A DNA stretch of 33,454 nucleotides from positions 1 to 33,454 of the forward strand of contig PRDT01000015.1 of assembly GCA_003173995.1 (NCBI GenBank). Direction: 5' to 3'. The notes beneath the pieces are model-generated. The model searched no databases. It had not been told where the DNA came from and saw nothing but the letters and a program-made list of their open reading frames with translations. Source of the stretch: Candidatus Levyibacteriota bacterium (lineage in GTDB: Bacteria; Patescibacteriota; Microgenomatia; Levybacterales; UBA12049). Positions 8,990 to 17,154 of the stretch are shown here, piece by piece. The stretch's first letter is position 1, and each line of letters starts with the position of its first letter. The position numbers were made by a program, and so were the translations under genes.

Positions 8990-10041
8990 TGATTACGAAA
9001 AAAATTACTATTTCAAATAATGATAAGCTCAGTCTGGTGAGCAATCTCTCCACCATGCTCTCAGCAGGTATTCCTATTTTAGAAACTGTTGATTCACTTC
9101 AAGAAGATGCCAAGGGTAATGTCAAAAAAATTCTTGATGAACTTTCAGAGGATCTTATTCAAGGAAGACATATGTATTCAACGTTTGAGAAATTTCCGTA
9201 CGTGTTTGATAAAGTCACGGTCAATATTGTGAAAGCCTCAGAAGAAGCAGGAACGCTTGAAACAACATTAAAGGACATGAAAGACCAAATAAAAAAAGGT
9301 ATGGAGTTTAATGACAAAATTAAAAGTGCTCTTACCTATCCAATATTTATTGGATTTGTCTTTATTGCTGTTATGTTACTAATCCTTGTCGTTGTAGTGC
9401 CAAAAATTTCAACTGTTTTTTCACGTCTGACAGTGACACTACCTCTTCCAACAAAAATACTTATTTTTGCTTCAGATTTAGTTGTCAAACAACCACTTCC
9501 AACATTTAGTGGTATTGCTATTGTTGTCGGAGGAATTGTACTCCTTTACCGCTCACAAAAAAGACTTTTCTTGAGATTTATTTTCCTTTTGCCGCTTGTT
9601 ACCAAATTGGTTCAGCAAATTGATCTGACACGATTTTCAAGAAGTATGTACCTTCTCTTAAGCTCAGGTATTACTATTACATCCGCACTTGAACTCGCTC
9701 AAGAAGTCGTTGTTAAGCCAGAAATTGCAGCTGCCATCAGTCACTCAAAAGAGATGATATTGGCAGGACGCAACTTATCGGAAGGATTTAAGGATAGAAA
9801 AAATGTTTTCCCTGGCGTCATTATAAAAATTATTGAAGCAGGAGAACGAACCGGAACACTTGATAAATCAATGCAAGATATTTCCGAGCATTTGGACTAC
9901 GAGGTTAATAATACGTTAAAAACATTAACAACAGTACTTGAGCCTCTGATGTTGGTAGTTGTTGGCGTGATGGTAGGTGGCATGATGCTTGCAATTATCG
10001 CTCCTATTTATAGTCTTATTGGATCCGTTGGAAATAGATAA
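8989..10041 (+). CDS. pilC: Type IV pilus platform protein (GspF/PilC family)
   Basis: Two T2SSF repeats with three TM helices (LSAGIPILETV..., LLSSGITITSALE...). The start overlaps the pilB stop (TAATG at 8987-8991). Confidence 0.9.
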   Translation: MITKKITISNNDKLSLVSNLSTMLSAGIPILETVDSLQEDAKGNVKKILDELSEDLIQGRHMYSTFEKFPYVFDKVTVNIVKASEEAGTLETTLKDMKDQIKKGMEFNDKIKSALTYPIFIGFVFIAVMLLILVVVVPKISTVFSRLTVTLPLPTKILIFASDLVVKQPLPTFSGIAIVVGGIVLLYRSQKRLFLRFIFLLPLVTKLVQQIDLTRFSRSMYLLLSSGITITSALELAQEVVVKPEIAAAISHSKEMILAGRNLSEGFKDRKNVFPGVIIKIIEAGERTGTLDKSMQDISEHLDYEVNNTLKTLTTVLEPLMLVVVGVMVGGMMLAIIAPIYSLIGSVGNR

Positions 10042-10043
10042 GT

Positions 10044-10538
10044 ATGGGAAAATATATACTTCGTGAGCAAAAGGGATATACATATCTTGAAGTCATTTTG
10101 GTCATGGCAGTGATGACTATTCTTTTGGGATTTATCACTATTAATTTATTAAATGCACATAAGTCTACTTCACAAAGTACTTCTATCACAGCCATTGCAT
10201 CAGACCTTCGCAATCAACAATTTAATGCAATGGTCGGAAGTACTGAAGGTCGAACAACTTCAGATAGTTACGGCCTATATATTACTCCAACCTCATATGT
10301 ACTTTTTCATGGCACAGCCTATTCTCCATCTGATACTTCCAATCTTACAGTCAATATCCAAAATGGCTTCCAACTTACTACAACACTTTCTAATTCCCTT
10401 ATTATTTTTTCTCATGGGAGTGGTGAGGTTAAAAATTATAATGCCAATAACAACACCATTACGCTTACTGATACGACAAATAATACCCAAAAAACACTCC
10501 GTATTAATCAATATGGTGTGGTTACACAAGTAAATTAA
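10044..10538 (+). CDS. Minor pilin / pseudopilin with a prepilin-type signal
   Basis: N-terminus REQKG|YTYLEVILVMAVMTILLGF: Gly at -1, Glu at +5, then a hydrophobic helix. Confidence 0.8.
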   Translation: MGKYILREQKGYTYLEVILVMAVMTILLGFITINLLNAHKSTSQSTSITAIASDLRNQQFNAMVGSTEGRTTSDSYGLYITPTSYVLFHGTAYSPSDTSNLTVNIQNGFQLTTTLSNSLIIFSHGSGEVKNYNANNNTITLTDTTNNTQKTLRINQYGVVTQVN

Positions 10539-10539
10539 T

Positions 10540-12459
10540 ATGAAAATTTTCTCATCACGCGGACAATCACTTGTTGAACTCTTAGTCACTATTGGTATTG
10601 CTGCAATACTTGTTCCAGCGTTATTTTCTGGATTTATGACTTCTCGCTCAGGAAAAGCACAACTTGAACAACGCATTGATGCTACTTCTATTCTTAAGCA
10701 AGCTGTTGAGGCAGTACGAGTCACACGGGAAAATTCATGGTCAAATGTCGCGACAAATGGTACATATCATCCAGTGATAAATGGCACAACGTGGTCCTTA
10801 GCAACAGGAAGTGCCACAACAAATGGCTATACAACCCAAGTAGTGGTTGGTGATGTATATAGAAATAATGGAGCTATTGTTTCAAATGGTGGGACATTAG
10901 ATACTTCAACCAAAAAGGTGACTATCAGTGTTAGTTGGGGAACTCCACTACCAACAGCAGTAAGTTCGACACTTTATTTTGCTCGGTATGTTAATACAAC
11001 TTATACCGAGACTTCACTTGCTGATTTTAATGATGCAAATGCAAGTAAAAGTGGTGTGACTGTTACGAATGTCTCAGGAGGAGAAGTTGTTTTGGGCGCA
11101 GGGGGAGGAGGAGATTGGTGTGCTCCCAATCTTTCCATTGCATCATATGATTTGCCCGGTCAAGGAATTACAACTTCTATCAGCGCCATTCAAGGACATG
11201 CATATACGACAACAGGCTATAACGCGTCTGGGAATTCTATGGATAGTGTCAATATTAGTAATACCAAACCTCCCGTTGCAAGTAATGGTGGTTCGTATAA
11301 CAATTTTAAAACCTATGGTATCTTTGCAGATACATCATATGTATATCTCACTTCCAATCACCCTGGTCTTACTGTTGATATTGTCCAAGTCACTAGCTCA
11401 CCATATACGCAAGTTGGCACTTTTAATGCTTCCGGTGGAGGAAATGGACAAAGTGTCTATGTCTCAGGAACTACTGGGTATGTCACAGCAGGAAGTTATT
11501 TATATGCATTTGATCTGACAAGTAAGAATGGGGCTCGTACACAACTTGGCAGAATTGCCCTTGCAGGGACAGGAAATAAAGTTATTGTGGTTGGATCGTA
11601 TGCCTATGTTGTAACCTCAAGTACCACAACGCAACTGCAAATTATTAATGTATCAAATCCAGCCAGTATGAGTATTGTGTCAAATATTAATGTCAATAAT
11701 AACCAAGGTGGCGTTGATGTTTTTGTTAATACCAGTGGCACGTTTGCCTATTTAGTAACAACCTATACATCTGGCAGTCCAGACTTTTTTATTATTGATG
11801 TTTCAAATAAAGCAAGTCCTGTCCTCAAGGGTACATACAGTACGAATGGTATGACACCAAAAGGAGTTACTGTTGTCCCAGGCAATCGAGCAATTATTGT
11901 TGGCTCTGGAGGTGAGCAATATCAAGTCTTGAATATTACTTCTGTCACCTCACCAACTCGTTGTGGAGGACTTACCAATCCGGATAGCTCAACAAGTATC
12001 AATGCCATTGCCTCAGTTCTTGAAAATGATGGGGATGCCTATTCATATATTTTGACTGATAATGCAAGTCAAGAGCTGCAAATTATCGAAGGAGGTCCAG
12101 GTGGTCAATATGCAGCATCTGGCACTTTTACCTCTCGCCCATTTAATGTAGGAAGTGAAGTGAGCTTTAATAGATTTAACACTACTTTTACTCAACCAGC
12201 CCAAACAACAATTCAATTCCAGGTGGCAGTAGAACATGCCAATAATGGGAGCTGTACAACAGGAGTTAATTATTCATTTGTTGGACCAGACGGGACAGCG
12301 AATACGAAATTTACCACTGGCTCTATGTTGCCATTAAGTAATGATGGGACTGGATATGAAAACCCCGGACAATGTCTCAAATATAAAGCTTTTCTCAATT
12401 CAACCGATACAACCCAAACACCAGAATTGGATGATATTACATTCAATTATTCATTATGA
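10540..12459 (+). CDS. Giant minor pilin: prepilin signal, seven LVIVD-type beta-propeller repeats and a beta-sandwich domain (candidate tip adhesin)
   Basis: N-terminus SSRG|QSLVELLVTIGIAAILV with Glu at +5. Residues ~193-518 carry seven repeats such as YAYVVTSSTTTQLQIINVSNPASMSIV and FAYLVTTYTSGSPDFFIIDVSNKASPVLKG. The C-terminal ~120 aa ends in KYKAFLNSTDTTQTPELDDITFNY. Confidence 0.8.
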   Translation: MKIFSSRGQSLVELLVTIGIAAILVPALFSGFMTSRSGKAQLEQRIDATSILKQAVEAVRVTRENSWSNVATNGTYHPVINGTTWSLATGSATTNGYTTQVVVGDVYRNNGAIVSNGGTLDTSTKKVTISVSWGTPLPTAVSSTLYFARYVNTTYTETSLADFNDANASKSGVTVTNVSGGEVVLGAGGGGDWCAPNLSIASYDLPGQGITTSISAIQGHAYTTTGYNASGNSMDSVNISNTKPPVASNGGSYNNFKTYGIFADTSYVYLTSNHPGLTVDIVQVTSSPYTQVGTFNASGGGNGQSVYVSGTTGYVTAGSYLYAFDLTSKNGARTQLGRIALAGTGNKVIVVGSYAYVVTSSTTTQLQIINVSNPASMSIVSNINVNNNQGGVDVFVNTSGTFAYLVTTYTSGSPDFFIIDVSNKASPVLKGTYSTNGMTPKGVTVVPGNRAIIVGSGGEQYQVLNITSVTSPTRCGGLTNPDSSTSINAIASVLENDGDAYSYILTDNASQELQIIEGGPGGQYAASGTFTSRPFNVGSEVSFNRFNTTFTQPAQTTIQFQVAVEHANNGSCTTGVNYSFVGPDGTANTKFTTGSMLPLSNDGTGYENPGQCLKYKAFLNSTDTTQTPELDDITFNYSL

Positions 12460-12962
12460 AAATTTTTGTTAAACGCACAATTTTATCTAAAGGCACCACA
12501 ATGGTGGAGATGCTTCTTTATATGGGCATCTTCTTGTTGTTACTCGGCACAATGATGCAACTTTTTTCATCCATCCTTGATGTCCGGCTTGAGTCAGATG
12601 CTACCTCGAGTGTGACACAAGATGGACGTTATATACTTGCTCGTTTTACCTATGACCTACAAAATGCACAAAGCATTGCTACTCCCGCTTCAGCAGGAGG
12701 AACTGCTCCAACGATGCAATTTGTCACGAGCGGCATAACATATACGTATTCGTTAGTAAGCGGTAATTTACAAGTAAGTGATGGCACAAATACTAATATT
12801 CTTAATAGCTATGATACGTCTGTAAGTAATGTTTCTTTCCAAAGACTTGGAAATACCAATGGGAAAAATACTGTTACCATATCATTTACACTCACCAGTG
12901 CAACAAAAAGAGTTAAGGGGTTTGAAGTGAAAACTTTCCAAGAGACAGCAGGACTGAGATAG
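12456..12962 (+). CDS. Minor pilin / pseudopilin with a prepilin-type signal
   Basis: N-terminus LSKG|TTMVEMLLYMGIFLLLLG with Glu at +5. ATGA overlap with the preceding gene at 12456-12459. Confidence 0.75.
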   Translation: MKIFVKRTILSKGTTMVEMLLYMGIFLLLLGTMMQLFSSILDVRLESDATSSVTQDGRYILARFTYDLQNAQSIATPASAGGTAPTMQFVTSGITYTYSLVSGNLQVSDGTNTNILNSYDTSVSNVSFQRLGNTNGKNTVTISFTLTSATKRVKGFEVKTFQETAGLR

Positions 12963-12963
12963 T

Positions 12964-13356
12964 ATGAAGAAAATTATTTTTCAACAAAAAGGCCAAGCAC
13001 TCGTAACACTTCTTTTCTTTATGGTTATTGCTGTTACTATTACATCAGCAGCAGTAGTCTTGATTGCTACTAATTCGCTTGCTGCAAGTAGATTTGAGCA
13101 AGGAACAGATGCTCTAGATATCGCAGAAAGTGGTGTAGAAAATGCACTACTTCGCTTAGATCGTGACCCTTCTTATACTGGAGAGACACTCAATGTGGGT
13201 ACAGGGACAGTAACCATTTCAGTGAGTCTTGGTAATCCAACTATTATTACCGCGACAGGATCTGCCAATCAAAATAATGCAACACGAACTATTCAAGTAA
13301 ATACTGTGTATAATAATGGTGCCCTAACTGTTACATCCTGGAAGGAGCTTTACTAA
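12964..13356 (+). CDS. PilX-N/GspK-like minor pilin lacking Glu+5
   Basis: N-terminus QQKG|QALVTLLFFMVIAVTITSAAVVL has Thr rather than Glu at +5. It is followed by LDIAESGVENALLRL, typical of PilX_N-type proteins. Confidence 0.7.
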   Translation: MKKIIFQQKGQALVTLLFFMVIAVTITSAAVVLIATNSLAASRFEQGTDALDIAESGVENALLRLDRDPSYTGETLNVGTGTVTISVSLGNPTIITATGSANQNNATRTIQVNTVYNNGALTVTSWKELY

Positions 13357-14165
13357 TGGCAAGACAAACATATCTGCTCTATGTTGAACCAGCTCGTCTG
13401 TTTTTTTACGCAGGTGCTACTGGAGCAGTGTTACAAGTACCAATTCCATGGGAAATCATGCATGACATGGAGATAACTGACAAAGAAAAATTGGCAGTCC
13501 TTCTTCAAACCTTTCTGAAAAATAATTCTATTGTTCCAGGCTCGGTAGTCATTGGTCTTTCACCACAAGTCACATTTGAAGGGACTATCTCTCCCCAACT
13601 GACAGCTGAGCAGCAAAAAGAGCAACTAGCACGTTTCTTGGATACAGTACCTTTTCAAAATGTCGCTTCCCAACTGGGAAAATTAGACAACGCTAATAAA
13701 GTCATTGCAGCAAATAAAGAAATGATCGATACCCTCAGGCACATTTTTGAAAAGCTAAAATTTTCTGTCTCTCATGCAATACCAGTGAGTGCTTTACAAG
13801 TAATGGCACCAGAACTGCAGACAAATTTAGATATGGGAACTATTTTGAGTAAAGCGGATCTCGCCCATCAATACAATTTAATTTCTCAATCTCCTGCTCC
13901 GGCACAGCAAAGTCCAAATGCACCCAAAACACCCCCTCCACCGATCATGAAAAATAAGCAGACACTGACGTTAATCGCAGTCTTTGGCGTATTAATGATT
14001 GTACTCGTCATTATGGTATTTACTGTACTTATCCCACAAAGCCAACCTGTAAAGAAGCCACCGCTCAGTGCACTCCCTGCTGTCCCTACTCCAACTCCAA
14101 TTAGTATTGCAAGTCAATCCGCCCAACTCAAGCCAGTAGTTACCTCAACAGTAGTTCCTCATTAA
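13356..14165 (+). CDS. Candidate pilus-assembly membrane protein (PilM N-terminal-half-like cytoplasmic domain, one TM helix, Pro-rich tail)
   Basis: Its start overlaps the previous stop (TAATG at 13354-13358). The ~190-aa cytoplasmic part loosely follows the PilM pattern (VVIGLSPQVTFEGTISPQLTAEQQKEQLARFLDTVPFQNV ... VIAANKEMIDTL...FSVSHAIPVSALQ). A TM helix LTLIAVFGVLMIVLVIMVFTVLI and a P-rich tail follow. The ORF is solid; the function is tentative. Confidence 0.5.
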   Translation: MARQTYLLYVEPARLFFYAGATGAVLQVPIPWEIMHDMEITDKEKLAVLLQTFLKNNSIVPGSVVIGLSPQVTFEGTISPQLTAEQQKEQLARFLDTVPFQNVASQLGKLDNANKVIAANKEMIDTLRHIFEKLKFSVSHAIPVSALQVMAPELQTNLDMGTILSKADLAHQYNLISQSPAPAQQSPNAPKTPPPPIMKNKQTLTLIAVFGVLMIVLVIMVFTVLIPQSQPVKKPPLSALPAVPTPTPISIASQSAQLKPVVTSTVVPH

Positions 14166-14547
14166 TAAACTCTTCTTAAAGTCATTTTGAACGTATAAGA
14201 AGTAGTTCTATATTGAGAGAAATTAAATAAAGTGCGTATCTTCTCTCTTTGCATGAAACAAAGAGCGTTAAGCTTTTCTAAATTAATGAGTCAGGGGGAT
14301 TCTCTACACACTTGTTAGAGAGGGGGTGAAATCACTCGACGAATTAACGAGGAAAAGTAGCTCGACTTTCTTTGCAAAAACTTTTTGGTTCTTTTTGAAA
14401 AAGGAATAGAAAAAGAATTTTTAAAATCTTTTGTCAAAAAATTTTCTAAAAATATCTGGAAAATACTTAGCCATGACACAGAAATTTTTCATTATTAAAA
14501 TTTCGTAAGATTTTTCTACAGGATAATTTTACGCACAAAAATGCTTA

Positions 14548-14577
14548 TTGACAACATATTTTTTTACATGCTAATGT
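14548..14577 (+). promoter_or_regulatory. Sigma70-type promoter candidate for the major pilin gene
   Basis: TTGACA at 14548-14553, an 18-nt spacer, and an extended -10 TGcTAATGT at 14569-14577, about 25 nt upstream of the pilin ATG at 14602. Confidence 0.4.
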
Positions 14578-14601
14578 AGATATAGAGTTAATTTAAAAGT
14601 T

Positions 14602-15129
14602 ATGACATCTGCCCGACAAACAATTAAAAATCAACAAGGTTTCACCCTCATCGAACTTCTTGTCGTTATCGGAATTTTAGCAGTTCTCCTTGCAATTACG
14701 CTTATCGCTATTAATCCAGCACGACAATTTGCACAAGCAAATAATACAAAAAGAAATAGTGACATCAATGCAATATTGAATGCGATTGGTCAATATGCTG
14801 CAGACAATCATGGTACATTACCAGCACAATCAACTGCTGGAGGAGCAAAAGCTTTGAATGCAACGAATTGTCCAACAGCTACTCCTTGTGCTATAACTGG
14901 AGTTATTGGAGCAGGAAATGTTGATCTTTGTCCAGATCTAGTTACAAATTATTTAGCAGCTTTACCTTCAGACCCACTCACAAATAATGGCACACCTGTT
15001 CAAACCTGCAATGCTACTTATACAACAGGCTACACTGTATCAGTAAGTGCAACCAACAATAGAGTTACAGTAAATGCTCCAGCAACTGAGATTCCTCCAG
15101 CCACAGCAGCGCTGACAGTAACTCGCTAA
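14602..15129 (+). CDS. pilA: Major type IV pilin
   Basis: N-terminus KNQQG|FTLIELLVVIGILAVLLAITLIAINPARQF is a canonical prepilin cleavage/methylation motif with Glu at +5. The globular domain has four Cys and a Thr/Ser/Ala-rich C-terminus. The gene has its own long upstream region. Confidence 0.88.
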   Translation: MTSARQTIKNQQGFTLIELLVVIGILAVLLAITLIAINPARQFAQANNTKRNSDINAILNAIGQYAADNHGTLPAQSTAGGAKALNATNCPTATPCAITGVIGAGNVDLCPDLVTNYLAALPSDPLTNNGTPVQTCNATYTTGYTVSVSATNNRVTVNAPATEIPPATAALTVTR

Positions 15130-15139
15130 CTCGATTAAC

Positions 15140-15391
15140 ATGAACGAGAAAAGTGTAAAAGCAATAATTTCCCTCCTGATAGTATTAATTTCTTTTTCTC
15201 TTTTTATGATCTTCTATAATAACCAAGAGAATCTGACTTCCCCATCAGTTTTCCCAATGTTTATGACACTTGCAGTTGTTGCAGCAGGACTTCTCGTCTC
15301 GCTCGTGTACTTAGTTAATAATAGTAAGCACCATGTCGCTAAGTCAGTTGCTAAGAAAGCCTCTAGCCCCTCAAAGAAAAAGAGAAAATAG
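15140..15391 (+). CDS. Small two-TM membrane protein with a Lys-rich tail (83 aa)
   Basis: Two hydrophobic helices (AIISLLIVLISFSLFMIF and MTLAVVAAGLLVSLVYLV) and the tail KKASSPSKKKRK. It starts 10 nt after the pilA stop. Confidence 0.55.
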   Translation: MNEKSVKAIISLLIVLISFSLFMIFYNNQENLTSPSVFPMFMTLAVVAAGLLVSLVYLVNNSKHHVAKSVAKKASSPSKKKRK

Positions 15392-15448
15392 TTCTTTTTT
15401 CATTGACACCATAACCATTCCCTGATATCGTTTTTGTAGAGAGAATTT

Positions 15449-17152
15449 ATGAGAGCCTTGCTGAAAAAGATTTCCCAACCATGTAACCAACTAACTGTTG
15501 GCGCACTTTTCTTTATTCTTTTCAGCTTTCTTGCCAATACCTTTCATGAGAAATACCCAGATGAATTCGATAATATTCTCGGAGGGTGGTTTGTTATTCA
15601 TGGTCATCCTCTCTATACAGGCTTTTTTACCCACCATGGACCGGTAGCGTATCTTCTTGCCGGAATAATTGAAATTTTTACTAGACGATCATTTGTTGCT
15701 TTTCGTATAGTCTATGCTCTTTTTCTTTTTGTTTTCTCTAGTGGCATCTATCTTTATTTTAAAAAAAGATTTGATGAAGTCAGTACTCGATTTTATCTTT
15801 TATTTCTTGTCTTCATTGGTCTTTCTACAACCTACTTCTGGGGTCATATGTTGCTCGCAGACTCACTTTCATCATTTTTGCTTACTCCAGTAGTGTTTCT
15901 CTTAACGCTTCTTACTCTAGAGAAGAAAAATCTTATGACAAAAGATATTTTCTTGATTTCTATCTTGACCAGCCTAGCTACTCTCGCTGCACTCACCTAC
16001 ATTTATTTTGCCGCAATTGTTTATTTGTATACTTTTTTTCTTATACTCAAAGAGAAAAAGGACGTATCTCACATAGCAAAGGCAATCGGACTTATGGCAA
16101 TTCCTTATGGTATCTTTCTTATCTATTTTCTCCTAACAGGCAGTCTTACTGCATACATTACTCAAGCGATTATTTTTAATGGCAAATATTATGCCTATAC
16201 CTATCCTGGTATTGGGCAAGGTCAATTTCTTAATCCATTCAAACAAATAGTTATTATTAGTCATGACTTCTTTATTAATTTTTACTTACTCCTTCGACAA
16301 GTAAAAGATTTGAATGTGAATTTTCCTTTTAATATCACTCTTGCAGTTGCTGATGTCGGATTTCTTATCTATCTTTGCCTAAGGAAAAAATTTAGTCTTG
16401 CACTATTTTTCTATTTACTTCTTACTTTTGCGAATGCGAGAAGTAATCCTCTTACATCAGGTGAAACAGACTACCAATCAGCAGTCTATATTACACTTTC
16501 TTTTGCTTCTTTAGCTTTTATTCTTTTTGCCTTCTGGGATTATCTTCAAGAGACACTAAGTCATCCAAAGCGTCTTATTGCCTCAGTAGTTTATATTATT
16601 GTCGCAATCTATGCATTCTTTGGTATTCTTTTTGTCGGACATAAATTCGTCAATCATGTGTATTTGAAATATATGCATCTTGAAGGAGGTATTAAAGATA
16701 CGCCACACATAGCACCAATTCTTAATTCACTCACAACAAAGAATGATTATATTTGGATAGGGCCATTCTCTTTTGAAGAGTTGTGGTATAGCAATGCAAA
16801 AGTTCCATCCAATTTTATTATTCTTTTACCAGAATTTCCTCATATTCCAGGAGTAACACAAAAAATGATGCAGGAATTTAATGAAAATAAACCGCTCGTT
16901 ATTTACTTCAATCAAGATCAAGGAGTACGAGGGTATGTACCATACAACTATGCACCATTTTTCATTGATTTTCTGAAGGAAAATTATGTGACGGTAGCCC
17001 AGTATAAAAAAGGCAAAACCACATATGAAAATACTATTCAGATTACAGGAGACTTGGATATCCAAAATAAGTTATTCTTACGAAAAGACCAAGCAGATGT
17101 ATTGATACAAAAGATGCTGCAATTAGGATATATTCATCAGAAAGAAAAATAA
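15449..17152 (+). CDS. Polytopic membrane protein, GT-C-like glycosyltransferase candidate
   Basis: About 12-13 TM helices in the first ~400 aa and a soluble ~170-aa C-terminal domain. An acidic YPDEFDNILGG motif follows TM1 directly, in the position of the GT-C DxD/ExD motif. No closer family recognised. Confidence 0.55.
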   Translation: MRALLKKISQPCNQLTVGALFFILFSFLANTFHEKYPDEFDNILGGWFVIHGHPLYTGFFTHHGPVAYLLAGIIEIFTRRSFVAFRIVYALFLFVFSSGIYLYFKKRFDEVSTRFYLLFLVFIGLSTTYFWGHMLLADSLSSFLLTPVVFLLTLLTLEKKNLMTKDIFLISILTSLATLAALTYIYFAAIVYLYTFFLILKEKKDVSHIAKAIGLMAIPYGIFLIYFLLTGSLTAYITQAIIFNGKYYAYTYPGIGQGQFLNPFKQIVIISHDFFINFYLLLRQVKDLNVNFPFNITLAVADVGFLIYLCLRKKFSLALFFYLLLTFANARSNPLTSGETDYQSAVYITLSFASLAFILFAFWDYLQETLSHPKRLIASVVYIIVAIYAFFGILFVGHKFVNHVYLKYMHLEGGIKDTPHIAPILNSLTTKNDYIWIGPFSFEELWYSNAKVPSNFIILLPEFPHIPGVTQKMMQEFNENKPLVIYFNQDQGVRGYVPYNYAPFFIDFLKENYVTVAQYKKGKTTYENTIQITGDLDIQNKLFLRKDQADVLIQKMLQLGYIHQKEK

Positions 17153-17154
17153 TT

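Noticed and set aside
10540-12459. Diversity-generating retroelement targeting of the large pilin. DGRs are common in CPR genomes and often diversify surface adhesins.
   Set aside because: The window has no reverse transcriptase gene, and I saw no template/variable repeat pair with adenine-specific mismatches. This cannot be excluded genome-wide, but nothing here supports it.
14295-14327. Two G5 runs flanking a small hairpin, considered as a possible G-quadruplex or riboswitch-like element.
   Set aside because: Only two G-runs are present, whereas four are needed for an intramolecular G4. The stem is just 6 bp, and I recognise no known riboswitch consensus.
14457-14471. A sigma54-like -24/-12 element (TGGaaaatacttaGC, GG-N10-GC spacing) upstream of pilA. 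This is tempting because pilin genes are often RpoN/PilR dependent.
   Set aside because: Only the GG/GC dinucleotides and two flanking bases match the consensus. No enhancer-binding protein or PilS/PilR pair is in the window. A better sigma70-type promoter lies closer to the gene, so this is probably a chance match in 436 bp.
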